The translations under genes were made by a program, and so were the position numbers. A stretch of 64,000 bases of DNA, taken from IMG/VR virus record IMGVR_UViG_3300020576_004352, positions 23,857 to 87,856 of that record, one strand, 5' to 3'. Under the pieces are notes generated by a model that saw only the letters and a list, made by a program, of their open reading frames with translations, ran no database searches and was not told the origin of the DNA. The stretch comes from a virus (lineage: Duplodnaviria; Caudoviricetes). Shown here piece after piece: positions 19,101 to 28,258 of the stretch; position 1 is the stretch's first letter; each line of letters opens with the position of its first letter.

Positions 19101-20654
19101 TATGACTTCTATGTGTCTTCAATCGCTGCTGCGGGCGAGAGCGAGGCGGTGAGCAGTGAAGCACATGTGATCCTTGGTAAGACTGCCCCGCCCGGTGATG
19201 TTGGCAATCTGCGTGCTGATCGTCGCGTGAATGGCGTCATGCTACAGTGGGATACAGTGCCCGATCTTGATCTGGTTGGTTATGAAGTCAGGCAGGGAAC
19301 CAACTGGGACACCTCCATATACGTGGGCGACGTGACCGGCACCACCATGTATATCGCGCTTGATAACAGCGCAGAGATCACTTTTCTTGTGCGGGCAAAA
19401 GACCAGCTCAACATCCTGTCACAGAACGTGAGCACGATAACCACCTCGGTTATATCTCCCACCTGCCCGCCTGTATTCACAGCCGTGGCGCAGGCTGACT
19501 ATGTGCTATTCCGGTGGACGCGCACAGACGGGCTGGATAACAAGTATGAAATTCGCCGGGGCACAAGCTGGTCGTCGTCGGAGCTTATCGCAGAGAGTTC
19601 GAGCGATGAACTGCTTGTGTTAGACCCTCAGCGGGATGCATCCTATTATTGGATACGTGCCAAATCAACGGCAGGGCTCTATAGCGGAGATGCCCGCGTG
19701 GCGATGGCGCAGCGTGCTTTGATCCAAGACCGCAATGTTATCCTTGAGTATGACAATCAGAATGATGGCGGGGCAGGCCTCTATCCCGGCTACACCTTTG
19801 ATATGGAACAAGGGCTTGACGATACCCTGCTGATCTCGAATGGGAGCACGGATCATATTCTGCTGGAGAATGGCACAGACGAGATCAGCCTTGAAAGTAC
19901 CGATCCGGTTTTGCTGGAGGGCACTCGTGCAGTTATGTATGGTGAGCATTACTTCACGGTTGATCTTGGTCAGACCCTGCGGGCTCGTAACTGGCTCGAG
20001 ACAACTCCTGTAAATGTCGTTGGGGGCGGGCTGACATGGGAGGAGTGGCTTGCGTCGTGGGAAGCCCCTGAAAGTCAGATTACGTGGCTGCCCTTGGGCG
20101 ACCTGTCAACAGTGCAGCTGCAAAAGGTGATCGCTTGGAAGAGGGCTCCTCTGACTGAGGAAGCATACGCTTTCACGATGAACAGCACGCTGGTTGATGT
20201 GCGAGGAGTTACCCCCGGAGAAAGTGTGAAAGTCACGTATGGCCCCGCCAAGTTTGAGCAGGGTCTGGTGATTAATGACCTGACGAAGGTGTCCTATACG
20301 GTAACTCTGGGCAGCTCTTTCAGTCTCATGTTTAAGTTTCGCCTCCGGGAAATATTGAACGGCAAGCGTATTTTTACAGTGCTCAAGAACAACACCAATG
20401 GTGAGCGACTGGAGATCGGATACGATGAGGCCTATGGATCACTTTACTATATGGATAACACAGGCAACACTCTGGACTTGCCTATTGCGGTACAGGACAA
20501 CGATGACTTTATCTTTATCGGTTTTGTGCAGGCGGACAGTTCGCGGATGCTTTACTATAAATCCGAAAAACTATATACAGAGGGTAGTGCCGCTGCCAGT
20601 CACGCCCCGATGGCACACACGTTTGACCGCCTATACCTCTATGACCGGGCATAA
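16158..20654 (+). CDS. Central tail fibre / tip attachment protein J with N-terminal Hint domain, FN3 repeats and C-terminal LamG-like domain
   Basis: VLDLIGEGPIGGL, WTDNPAWCFLD, YCDELVPDG...EPRF, GC.SRGQA.R; FN3-like repeats; Hint at residues 19-147. Confidence 0.92.
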   Translation: MDGSSSPMIPRPQGSGGGCFRAGTRVSTLDGSKPIESLKVGDQVYAYDQQGRMRTGEISEVHQHENEALLRMEFWGGVIFVTPNHWMQNSAGSFTEAGTLTTHDALVDIRGHLRPIHSITPIEPETVYNLTVLPHHTFIADGIRVHNGGGGKGGGSARAAVEAPNTLRSNATARVLDLIGEGPIGGLVNGAQSIFFDDTPLENADGSYNFKGVVWDIRHGYPDQDPMSGFDEVEAETTVETAVTRQLGSIVRQVSEADADACRIRIRIPSLTLQDTTTGDMKPTSVEIKIEVKPSNGEYRDVTFVYNEVERTGQTTTVNNAVGFRLVVKKRVLVKLNSPSSVTLEARYRKSGAASWISLGARTVSAIIGSVADIATADGYIDGQPAYYHTFTTTYSLLDLGANSYEIGLVQGDEIVSFVAYTRSNLLVEGKNTAPTEKSYRFDLPGTGPWLVRLSRITPDSDSATLQNQTVWVSYTTIIADKFIYPDSAYIGLSVNASLFGNSIPARAYDVYGREVLVPLNYDPLLRIYTGFWDGTFKQAWTDNPAWCFLDMLTNDRFGLGDRIDLDAVDTAKLYEISQYCDELVPDGYGGFEPRFTLNCVINTQADAYQVLNSMVSNFWGMVYQSAGAVAFGIDAPREADVIVGRANVVDGEFNYSSSGDRARHNSVLVTWNNPNDGDRTDIEVVEDNADISARGLRQTDVYAFGCKSRGQASRYGKRLLYTEKYEQETVTYRCGLDHLNVVPGMVIGLVDPKVAGAEFAGRTLVVGGSPIASEDGGDILLENENPLLMNDPTVVTLDRPVTLATGHTYELNVVDDTGALQTRAITTTSGQTVSTLQINTAFDPQPTEGRMWSISGTDVEPRLFRITTIVEVEGYMFEVTGVEYNPAKHDYIDRDFKLSPVNFSRLFSGKVLPPENLDIVETLFKTNGVLRTRVNVGWSTPTDTRVTIFRVQYGLSNGGLSRELLTRDTSVELDDLEPGTYDFYVSSIAAAGESEAVSSEAHVILGKTAPPGDVGNLRADRRVNGVMLQWDTVPDLDLVGYEVRQGTNWDTSIYVGDVTGTTMYIALDNSAEITFLVRAKDQLNILSQNVSTITTSVISPTCPPVFTAVAQADYVLFRWTRTDGLDNKYEIRRGTSWSSSELIAESSSDELLVLDPQRDASYYWIRAKSTAGLYSGDARVAMAQRALIQDRNVILEYDNQNDGGAGLYPGYTFDMEQGLDDTLLISNGSTDHILLENGTDEISLESTDPVLLEGTRAVMYGEHYFTVDLGQTLRARNWLETTPVNVVGGGLTWEEWLASWEAPESQITWLPLGDLSTVQLQKVIAWKRAPLTEEAYAFTMNSTLVDVRGVTPGESVKVTYGPAKFEQGLVINDLTKVSYTVTLGSSFSLMFKFRLREILNGKRIFTVLKNNTNGERLEIGYDEAYGSLYYMDNTGNTLDLPIAVQDNDDFIFIGFVQADSSRMLYYKSEKLYTEGSAAASHAPMAHTFDRLYLYDRA
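16212..16598 (+). other. 129-aa endonuclease-free Hint (intein-like) domain with +1 Gly
   Basis: CFRAGTRV start, VTPNH block B, VYNLTVLPHHTFIADGIRVHN end, followed by GGGGKGGG. Confidence 0.9.
17933..17946. promoter_or_regulatory. Palindromic site TGAACCCCGGTTCA
   Basis: Inside gene J. Confidence 0.6.
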
Positions 20655-20672
20655 CCAACTAGGGAGACTGTA

Positions 20673-21125
20673 ATGAAGCTCGAAAAGATGCACCTCAAAG
20701 GCGAGATGAAGGCCACTCTGCGGAAGCCTGATGGCCGTGTCCGTGATTTTCACGAGAAGAACCTTGTTGTCGATGGAGGCATTGATTTTCTGGCTGCCGC
20801 GCTGGCCAACAGTGCAAGCCGTCCGAACGTGCTTTCTCATATCGCGGTTGGTAACGGCGGCACCGCTGTGGATGCTGGGGACACTGCTCTTGATAATGAG
20901 TTGGCCCGGCAGGCTGCCACATATGGGCACAGTGTCGGGGACAGCAATTTCACGATGGCTGCTACCTTCGGAACGGGTGTCGGTACGGGTGATATCGTGG
21001 AGGCGGGTGTGTTGAATGCTGCCTCGAGCGGCACCCTCTTCAATCGCGTAACCTTCAGTGCCATTCCAAAAGAGGCCGCTGATACCCTTGAGATCACGTT
21101 TACGTTTACCTTCACACCTACTTGA
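20673..21125 (+). CDS. Virion structural protein (fibre-attachment type)
   Basis: NLVVDGG, HIAVGNG.T, EAGVLNA..GTLFNRVTF pattern common in fibre modules. Confidence 0.6.
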   Translation: MKLEKMHLKGEMKATLRKPDGRVRDFHEKNLVVDGGIDFLAAALANSASRPNVLSHIAVGNGGTAVDAGDTALDNELARQAATYGHSVGDSNFTMAATFGTGVGTGDIVEAGVLNAASSGTLFNRVTFSAIPKEAADTLEITFTFTFTPT

Positions 21126-21140
21126 TAGCGTGAAAGGCAG

Positions 21141-21836
21141 ATGGCTACTCATGTCAAGGATATCACTGAAGGTATCAGTGTAGCAGAGACCGATGCGCGA
21201 CCTGCGGATTACTCCCGCAGTGAGGCGGATGCAGTCGATGCGCAGGACGTGGCCACTCGTGCGGTCTTCAAGGTCTTGAGTGCTGAATTTACTCTTGCGG
21301 ATGATCTTCTCCGGGTTATTCATAAGAGCTTCATAGAGGGGATGGCAGTCAAGGATACGCGGCGCAGCCCGGCCAAGGGAACCTTGTTTGATCTCGTGTT
21401 GCGATCAGACGCTTTAAGCCTCGCTGACCTCAAGGTCGTGGCGGACAGCCCCCCGGTCGGATACACGCCTTTTCAGAATTTCTACCCCGGCGACTATGAG
21501 TACGAAGAGGCTATGGTTGGGGTGCGCGTGCGCACGGCAGACACCAGTAATCAGGTGGGTATCCTTGGGCTCACCCTGAACATTGATGTACCGGATGTGA
21601 ATGATCGAGGCAGCGCAGAGGTGCTGATAGGGGATATCGCTGGAAAGACTGTAACTTTTGCCAAGCAGTTCACCATTCCGCCCGAAGTCACTGTGGTATT
21701 TGCGGGCGGAGCCACGGCAGCTGTAGCCGAAATAACCGGAGTGACAACGGCTAATTTTACTTTTATACTTCGAGATGTAAGCAGCCCCGCGACGTTAGTG
21801 ACTGGTGAAGTCACATGGGCAGCACTCGGCAGGTAG
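21141..21836 (+). CDS. Tail-associated protein with C-terminal H-type-lectin-like domain
   Basis: VTFAKQFTIPPEVTV...GVTTANFTF...VTWAALG. Confidence 0.5.
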   Translation: MATHVKDITEGISVAETDARPADYSRSEADAVDAQDVATRAVFKVLSAEFTLADDLLRVIHKSFIEGMAVKDTRRSPAKGTLFDLVLRSDALSLADLKVVADSPPVGYTPFQNFYPGDYEYEEAMVGVRVRTADTSNQVGILGLTLNIDVPDVNDRGSAEVLIGDIAGKTVTFAKQFTIPPEVTVVFAGGATAAVAEITGVTTANFTFILRDVSSPATLVTGEVTWAALGR

Positions 21837-21854
21837 CAGGAAGGATGCTTACAA

Positions 21855-23222
21855 TTGCAGGACTACCCAGATATCGTAGCAACAGACAGCGTTGGGGGCA
21901 GCCGAGTAAATCTGCTCGCCCGCGATAACGCGCTTAAATCCTGTTTTGCAGGAACGGCTTACCCCACCTCTGGCCTCTTACAGGGCATGGTGTGCTATCG
22001 CAGTGACCTGAATAAATTATATGTCCTCGAACAGGTCAGCCCGGCCATATGGCGTGAGATCATTTTATCCTCTGCGATTGGTACGGCTGCTCCGAAGAAC
22101 ATAGGAACTTCGGGTGACACCATTCCAAAGAACGACACGGCCAATACGTTCTCAGAACGCCAGACCTTAGCGGGCGGAGGTGCCCTTGGCACCCAGAGTA
22201 TCACAGGCAGCTCTGGGTACTTCAAGATGGACACCGAGGTACGTCTGGACGCCAACAGCACAAAGAAGATCAACTTCCTGATTAACAGCACGAGTGCCAT
22301 GTCGGTGGAAAGTAATCGCGGCATAGTGGTGGGCTCGGCCACGGGGGGCAGCAAGGGCGCAGGCACTTTGAATGCTGTGGGTCTCTACAACGGGGGCAAT
22401 CAGATTAAGACAGCTGCCTATAAGGACGCTGGAACTTCCGGCGACACCGTCCCGACATGGAATGACCTCGGAGATGGTGCAGCTTATGATATCGCATCTC
22501 AGGCCGAGGCCGAGGCGGGGACTGTCACCAACAAGGCGATGACACCTCAACGTACTGCGCAGGCTATCGCGGCCCTTGCTACCGGTAACAGTGGCAGGTG
22601 GATTAAAACCACAGTGCTCACGAGTAGCGGAAATTTTGTAAAAGACGGAGCTGCCAACACTGTCCATGTTCGTCTGGTTGGTGGAGGTGGAGGTGGCGGG
22701 GCATCAGGGCAGACGGGCTCCAATTATTTAGCGGGTGGTGGTGGTGGCGCGGGGGGCTATTCTGAAAAGTATATCAGTGCGGCAGCCTTGTCGGGCAGTG
22801 AAACCGTCACGATTGGGGCAGGAGGAAGCGGAGGTGCTGGTGGATCAGGATCAGCAGGTGCAGCAGGTGGAACTACCTCATTTGGGGCCCACCTGAGTGC
22901 CACAGGAGGGGCCGGAGGCGCTAAGGGCACTGCAAATGGCACCGTGGGGGGGATTGGTGGGCTAGGGTCAGGCGGGCAAATCAATGTCAGAGGCGAGGCA
23001 GGTAAATCCGCGATTGAAGTCTCAACTCAATATGCCTTATCCGGGAATGGGGCCTCCACCAGATTTGGAGCAGGGGCTCTTGGAGTAGTAGACAGCTCTG
23101 TTGGTAATGCTGCTGCGGCCAATAGTGGTGCAGGCGGCTCAGGAGGCTCTTCAGGAACCACTTCTTCTTATAACGGAGGAGCAGGTGGCTCAGGTATTGT
23201 TATAGTGGAAGAATATGCATAA
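21855..23222 (+). CDS. Tail fibre protein with Gly-rich C-terminal domain (TTG start)
   Basis: ASQAEAEAGTVTNKAMTPQRTAQAI fibre motif, two [GK]TAA...GTSGDT.P repeats, GGGGGGG-rich C-terminus. Confidence 0.75.
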   Translation: MQDYPDIVATDSVGGSRVNLLARDNALKSCFAGTAYPTSGLLQGMVCYRSDLNKLYVLEQVSPAIWREIILSSAIGTAAPKNIGTSGDTIPKNDTANTFSERQTLAGGGALGTQSITGSSGYFKMDTEVRLDANSTKKINFLINSTSAMSVESNRGIVVGSATGGSKGAGTLNAVGLYNGGNQIKTAAYKDAGTSGDTVPTWNDLGDGAAYDIASQAEAEAGTVTNKAMTPQRTAQAIAALATGNSGRWIKTTVLTSSGNFVKDGAANTVHVRLVGGGGGGGASGQTGSNYLAGGGGGAGGYSEKYISAAALSGSETVTIGAGGSGGAGGSGSAGAAGGTTSFGAHLSATGGAGGAKGTANGTVGGIGGLGSGGQINVRGEAGKSAIEVSTQYALSGNGASTRFGAGALGVVDSSVGNAAAANSGAGGSGGSSGTTSSYNGGAGGSGIVIVEEYA

Positions 23223-23236
23223 CCGACAGGTGCTTA

Positions 23237-23491
23237 ATGGACATACTTATCAGTCTGGCTAAAGAACTTGGATCGGCTTTACTGGGGCAGGCCGGGATAG
23301 TTGCTTTTACTTTTTTCTGGTGGAATATTTACCTTGTAATAGATAATCGTTCTCTGCGAAAAGAGAACAGGGAGCTCAACAAAACCATTTTTAATCTTGG
23401 CACTGGCATGACTGCCGCGATGGTGGAAAATAACAGTGTCTTGGATAAAATTGGTGATTTTGTGGCAACACACACTGAGAGGAAGCCATGA
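23237..23491 (+). CDS. Putative holin (single TM plus coiled coil)
   Basis: Hydrophobic GIVAFTFFWWNIYLVI segment; upstream of endolysin. Confidence 0.5.
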   Translation: MDILISLAKELGSALLGQAGIVAFTFFWWNIYLVIDNRSLRKENRELNKTIFNLGTGMTAAMVENNSVLDKIGDFVATHTERKP

Positions 23492-23685
23492 ACGTATCTG
23501 AAAAACTACGGATCACAGTTCGCAAGCCCGGAGAAGACGGGCCGAAGTGTGTCTCGGATGCCGTGCCTATCATGGGCTCAGCAAAGATGGTAGAGGCACA
23601 GGTCACTGATCGGATAGAGGCTGCCATTCGTAAAGCCCGTCGTCTCACTGAAACGCTTGACCGCGTCATACCGCGAGGTGCCTGA
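23488..23685 (+). CDS. Small hypothetical protein in lysis cassette
   Basis: Translationally coupled at both ends. Confidence 0.5.
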   Translation: MNVSEKLRITVRKPGEDGPKCVSDAVPIMGSAKMVEAQVTDRIEAAIRKARRLTETLDRVIPRGA

Positions 23686-24131
23686 TGTTCACAAAACCAA
23701 AGCGCCCGGTCAGCCGGGTATTCATTCACTGCTCTGCCTCGGACGCGCTTGGCCCTGCATACAAAGGCGTGGAGCTGGTAAAGACCATAGACAGCTGGCA
23801 CAGGGCACGAGGCTTCAACGATATTGGGTATCACTATGTGATCGACAAGGCCGGTACTCTCATGATCGGGCGCGGTTTAGAGAGAGCCCCTGCTGCACAG
23901 GAAGGGCACAACTCCGGCACCATTGCTATCTGCGTGCATGGCCTTGATGTTTCGAGGTTTACGGTGGAGGCCCTTACAAGCCTTTTGTCCCTGTGCAAAG
24001 AAATCAATACCGCGTATAATGGCAGCATCACCTTTCACGGCCACAGAGAGGTTGCACCTAAGACGTGCCCCGTATTCCCGTATGACAAAGTTCTTGGGTT
24101 AGATAAGTTTGGTAGGATGCCTTTAAAATGA
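23685..24131 (+). CDS. Endolysin, N-acetylmuramoyl-L-alanine amidase (T7 lysozyme / Amidase_2 type)
   Basis: FIHCSA, WHRARGFNDIGYHYVID, GHNSGTIAIC, HGHREV.PKTCP. Confidence 0.93.
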   Translation: MFTKPKRPVSRVFIHCSASDALGPAYKGVELVKTIDSWHRARGFNDIGYHYVIDKAGTLMIGRGLERAPAAQEGHNSGTIAICVHGLDVSRFTVEALTSLLSLCKEINTAYNGSITFHGHREVAPKTCPVFPYDKVLGLDKFGRMPLK

Positions 24132-24285
24132 AGCGGTGTAGTGACTGTAGAACTGTAAAGCCTTTCTCTGAGTTTTATGCTCGAAATGACGCAGTATCAC
24201 CTACGTACCGGAGCCAGTGTAAGAAGTGTTGTTATACATATAGTTATAGATACAATAAGAATAATAAAGAAGAAAATAATGCTAG
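24128..24285 (+). pseudogene. 5' half of an interrupted HNH-like endonuclease gene
   Basis: KRCSDCRTVKPFSEFY...CKKC zinc finger; joins in frame to 28259-28577 when the insert is removed. Confidence 0.8.
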
Positions 24286-24704
24286 AGAACGATTGCTGCG
24301 GGCTTTCCGGTGGCTCTGACGATGACCAAAGTGGAAACCATCGCGTCGAGGTCGAAGGTGGCGGGGCGACATGGGATGAGAACAGCGTCGGCGCTCTGCA
24401 CGGCTAAGGCGGCTTCCCTGTTGGCATGGGGGGCGGTGTCAAGGATGAGCAGATCAATCCCGTTCTCGATGCCTAGCTTCTTGAGGTGTTCGAGCTTGTC
24501 GGCGGTCGCTTGGGTTGCGTCGAGTTTCGGGCTCAGCTCGTTGCCTTCCGCACGGCGAGCATTCCACTTGTAGGCGCTGGCCTGCTGGTCTAAATCGACG
24601 ATGGCAGGGTGCAAGCCTTGTTGTCGAGCATATGCGGCCAAGTGAACGGCGAGGGTTGTCTTGCCGCAACCGCCTTTCTGGCTGACTATCGCTAGGGTGC
24701 GCAT
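24282..24704 (-). pseudogene. parA: Plasmid-type ParA ATPase truncated at the insertion junction
   Basis: MRTLAIVSQKGGCGKTT, VDLDQQAS, LILDTAP, ADAVLIPCRP; stop TAG supplied by the junction after only 140 aa. Confidence 0.85.
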
Positions 24705-24727
24705 GGTTGTACCCTCTTGTTTGTGGT

Positions 24728-24751
24728 ATTGTGATATTGCGTGATTGCGAT
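24728..24751. repeat. Three tandem 8-bp repeats upstream of parA (operator/centromere-like)
   Basis: ATTGTGAT ATTGCGTG ATTGCGAT. Confidence 0.55.
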
Positions 24752-25114
24752 ATAACAATGCGGTTTGTAGCATAACAAGTGTATAGGCGTCAATGTCTCC
24801 CCGCGCACTTCTGGCCCCCGGTATGTGTGTACCGATGTCGCAAGCTGGCTGTTGCGTCAGGGAGCGCGTTACCGCATGGCCTAGACTTCACAGGCCCGGT
24901 GCGCGTCGCACATAGTGCCCGCCCCCCCGCTGGCGCTGGCGTGAGCTGGGATGCAGCACCAAGGCAACGAGATTGCTCAAGGTTGGCGTGTTGAATCGGA
25001 CTAGACTGCGGGAATTTTATCGTCTGTGCCTGTCGCCGGTCGCGCCGCTAGATGCCTAGCCGGGAAAAGGCGGGTGTGTTAGACAATGAATGGCTCTGAC
25101 GAAGGAACTTTTGA

Positions 25115-25930
25115 ATGACAAGAACAACGTGCTTCGACGTTTTTGAACAATGCGTGTTGGCCGTCCAGGCTGGCGAGTTGATTGAGTCCTTGAGCGTGAA
25201 AGACAAGGAATTCCATTTTCAGAACTGGTTTCAGGAGCGATTGCGAACGCTGGCGCTGCATTTCGAGGGTTCCGGTCGAAACACCTATCCTGACTTCTGC
25301 TTGGTTGAATTCACCGAAGGCTATGAGGTCAAGGGGCTTGCATGGCCTGGGCGCGAACGCGACTATGACTCCAACAGCCAAGTGCCAACCGGGTATCACA
25401 ATGGGCGACAAATCTATTATGCGTTTGGTCGCTACCCAGCCGACCTTAGGCCGTTTGCCGACCAAGGCAACGGGCGGCGGCAATATCCGGTGGTTGATCT
25501 GGTGGTATGTCACGGCGACTTTCTGAACGCGGATCACAACTATGTGCATAAAAACAAGAGCGTCAAGGGGTTTGGCACTTACGGCGACATTATGATCCGT
25601 GATCGGAAGATGTACGTTGCGCCAACACCATTTGCGCTTACCGAAGGCACGACCGGCCTGATGACTTTGATCCTGCCTGAACACATCGAAGCTGATGAGC
25701 GTTACCGGGAAGTTGGGCGGCTCACGCGGGTTGAGTCAGAAAGTTTGGTGGTGGGCTACACATTCGATTTGCGGACAAATGAACTCACGGCTGAACGCAT
25801 ATCCAACCCGCAGGCGGGCACAGAACACCACTTCGTCGCATACCGCCTAGCAGAGCAAGCGATGAGACCCGTTTCGATGGTAGCGCGGCTACCAATTCTC
25901 GAAGAGAGCAATGGAGCCGACGACGAATGA
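25115..25930 (+). CDS. Putative type II restriction endonuclease (PD-(D/E)xK)
   Basis: YPDF...GYEVK catalytic motif; ATGA-coupled to a methyltransferase gene. Confidence 0.65.
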   Translation: MTRTTCFDVFEQCVLAVQAGELIESLSVKDKEFHFQNWFQERLRTLALHFEGSGRNTYPDFCLVEFTEGYEVKGLAWPGRERDYDSNSQVPTGYHNGRQIYYAFGRYPADLRPFADQGNGRRQYPVVDLVVCHGDFLNADHNYVHKNKSVKGFGTYGDIMIRDRKMYVAPTPFALTEGTTGLMTLILPEHIEADERYREVGRLTRVESESLVVGYTFDLRTNELTAERISNPQAGTEHHFVAYRLAEQAMRPVSMVARLPILEESNGADDE

Positions 25931-28113
25931 AGTCTGTTGTCAAGACCGTCACGTTCGCAAGGCCCATAACAACGGACACATCGACCGCGCTGGAAGGCGA
26001 CTTCCCAATTGTGGAAGTGAGCCAGGTCGCAGAGCAAGAAAGCTGGCGCAAAGAAATTAATCGCCCGATTTACCACATACACAAGTGGTGGGCGACACGG
26101 CTCGGCTCGGTGTTCCGCGCCATCACGCTTGCCGCCTTGAGTCGCCCGGCGGCTAATATTTGGCAGGGGTTCTACGAGCAACATCGGTTAGCAGGGAAGG
26201 TGGTGCTTGACCCTTTTATGGGAAGCGGTACGACACTCGGCGAAGCGATCAAGCTAGGCGCTAAAGCCGTCGGGTGCGACATCAATCCAGTGAGCAGCTT
26301 CCTGGTGCGCCAAGCATTCACGCGTGTGCCTGAGGCCACGTTACGCGCCGCATTCGTGCGCCTCGAAAGGGAAGTTGCCCCCAAAATTCGCCACTACTAC
26401 CAAACCCGTGATCCACAGTCGGGGAATCACATTCCTGTTCTGTATTTCTTCTGGGTAAAAACCTTGACCACACCGGACGGTGAAACCGTGCCGCTGCTGT
26501 CGCGCTACGTTTTCGCGCAGGACGCTTACCCGAAAAAGAAGCCGAGGGCGCAAATCGTGTGTCCGAAGTGCTGGGGTCTTATTGAAGATCGGTACGATAC
26601 GACTGCGGTGACCTGCCCGCACTGTACCAACGCCTTTAATCCGCAGGAAGGCACGGCGGTTGGGCAGTATGTGACGACGAGGGCAGGAAATCGGTATCGC
26701 ATCAAGGAGCTTTTGCCCGCTGATGGAACGCCCCCGGCGCACCGCCTTTACGCCATGCTCGCGCTGCGGCCTGACGGCGAGAAGGTATATCTACCTGTGC
26801 GTGACGAAGATCGGGTTTTATTCGCGGAGGCCGAAGCGCGGCTTCAAACGGAAACCTTGCCACTGCCAAGATCGGCCGTCCGTCCCGGCCATAACACCGA
26901 CCAGGCACGAGGCTACAATTACACGCATTGGCGCGACTTTTTCAACGCCAGACAGTTGCTCTGCCTTGGCTTGCTGCTGAACGCCATTGTTGAGATAGAA
27001 GACGAAGCGGTTCAAGAACAAATGCTGTGCTTGTTTTCGAGTACGCTTGAATTCAACAACCTGTTTTGCAGCTACAAAGGCGAGGGGACAGGCGCAGTCC
27101 GACATATGTTCTCGCATCACATCTTGAAGCCGGAGCGCACACCGCTGGAAAATTCGGTGTGGGGAACAGACAAGAGTAGCGGGACATTCAGCACATTGTT
27201 CGAGTCACGCTTGATCCGGGCGAAACGCTACCTCGATGATCCTTTCGAGGTGGGGTTGGCACATGACCTTCTAGGTGCGCGTATCGGCGCACAAAAAGTC
27301 AGCGCCAGCGCACCGATTGACGTGCCGTGTTCCGGATCGTGGCAAGAGCTAACGACCAGTGCCAAGGGCGTGTTGATCCTGAACGGCGACAGTGCGCGAC
27401 TGCCTCTCCCGAATGGGACTGTGGACGCGGTCGTCACCGATCCGCCGTATTTCGACTTCGTGCATTACAGCGAGCTAAGCGATTTCTTCTTCGCGTGGCT
27501 CGCGCCGGTGCTGAAAGACCGCTACCCGTGGTTCAACAAGGCGGACTCGTCGGATGCCGGGGAAGTGCAGCAGAAAGACCCGCGAGCCTTCGCCCGCCAA
27601 CTTTCCTATGTGTTCGCTGAAAGCCGTCGTGTGCTGAAGGAGGAAGGTGTTCTCGCTTTCAGTTTCCATCACTCTAGGGCAGATGGATGGGCGGCAATTT
27701 ATGAGGCGGTGGCTAACGCTGGCCTGTTCGTCGTTGCGGCGCATCCGGTTCATGCCGAGCTACGCGCTGCCAGCCCAAAATCAGCGGCCAAAGACCCCAT
27801 TAGCTTAGACGCAATCCTCGTGTGTCGCAAACGGCCACGTGCAGCGAAACACGCATTCTCTGAAGATGATGTGATCCGGCACACCGGCGCACTGGTGCGT
27901 AAGCTCGAAGGAGGGGGAATGACCATATCATCCACTGACCGTTTCGTGATTGGCGCAGCGCAAATGCTTATCGTCGCTTCGGGCGACCTGCTGTCGTTCG
28001 AGGAAATCAGGGATCGGCTGGAAGCGTTGCGCCTGCGGCTGGGACGGAACGAGCAGACACCTGGCATAGATAGTTTCTGGCAACCAGTCGCTGACCGCGT
28101 TGCCGTGCAATAG
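25927..28113 (+). CDS. Amino (probably N6-adenine) DNA methyltransferase, DUF1156-like
   Basis: IHKWWATR, VLDPFMGSGT (motif I), CPKC/CPHC zinc ribbon, VVTDPPYFD (motif IV). Confidence 0.88.
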   Translation: MKSVVKTVTFARPITTDTSTALEGDFPIVEVSQVAEQESWRKEINRPIYHIHKWWATRLGSVFRAITLAALSRPAANIWQGFYEQHRLAGKVVLDPFMGSGTTLGEAIKLGAKAVGCDINPVSSFLVRQAFTRVPEATLRAAFVRLEREVAPKIRHYYQTRDPQSGNHIPVLYFFWVKTLTTPDGETVPLLSRYVFAQDAYPKKKPRAQIVCPKCWGLIEDRYDTTAVTCPHCTNAFNPQEGTAVGQYVTTRAGNRYRIKELLPADGTPPAHRLYAMLALRPDGEKVYLPVRDEDRVLFAEAEARLQTETLPLPRSAVRPGHNTDQARGYNYTHWRDFFNARQLLCLGLLLNAIVEIEDEAVQEQMLCLFSSTLEFNNLFCSYKGEGTGAVRHMFSHHILKPERTPLENSVWGTDKSSGTFSTLFESRLIRAKRYLDDPFEVGLAHDLLGARIGAQKVSASAPIDVPCSGSWQELTTSAKGVLILNGDSARLPLPNGTVDAVVTDPPYFDFVHYSELSDFFFAWLAPVLKDRYPWFNKADSSDAGEVQQKDPRAFARQLSYVFAESRRVLKEEGVLAFSFHHSRADGWAAIYEAVANAGLFVVAAHPVHAELRAASPKSAAKDPISLDAILVCRKRPRAAKHAFSEDDVIRHTGALVRKLEGGGMTISSTDRFVIGAAQMLIVASGDLLSFEEIRDRLEALRLRLGRNEQTPGIDSFWQPVADRVAVQ

Positions 28114-28254
28114 AGCGGTGGTCTGTTCAATCCGCTAAACCTACGACGCAGGCGCGGCATTGCAACCCGCTACGCCAAGAACTCCGCCTCTTTCCTCGCC
28201 GCCGTCCAGATCAGGTGTATGTTCCTTTGGGCAACCATCTCGTGACTACACTGT
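28114..28254 (+). mobile_element. 3' remnant of an IS5-family element (transposase C-terminus plus right end)
   Basis: RRGIATRYAKNSASFLAAVQIRCMFLWATIS*, stop 28243-28245, then CTACACTGT and the CTAG. Confidence 0.8.
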
Positions 28255-28258
28255 CTAG

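Larger units (their letters stand above)
24286..28254. mobile_element. 3969-bp inserted segment flanked by a CTAG duplication (parA fragment, R-M pair, IS5 3' end)
   Basis: CTAG at 24282-24285 and 28255-28258; removal restores AAT GCT AGG GCA AAA GCA TGG in the host gene. Confidence 0.85.

Noticed and set aside
21845-21855. ATG at 21845 as start of the fibre gene
   Set aside because: Different frame and closes after under 30 codons; TTG 21855 has suitable RBS spacing.
25080-25090. TAGACAATGAA as an inner left IS end (9/11 match to the right end)
   Set aside because: Short match without a target duplication; the CTAG-flanked outer boundary explains the gene split. Cannot be fully excluded.
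24311-25102. 12-bp direct repeat TGGCTCTGACGA at 24311 and 25091
   Set aside because: Single short match, one copy inside parA coding sequence; no associated structure.
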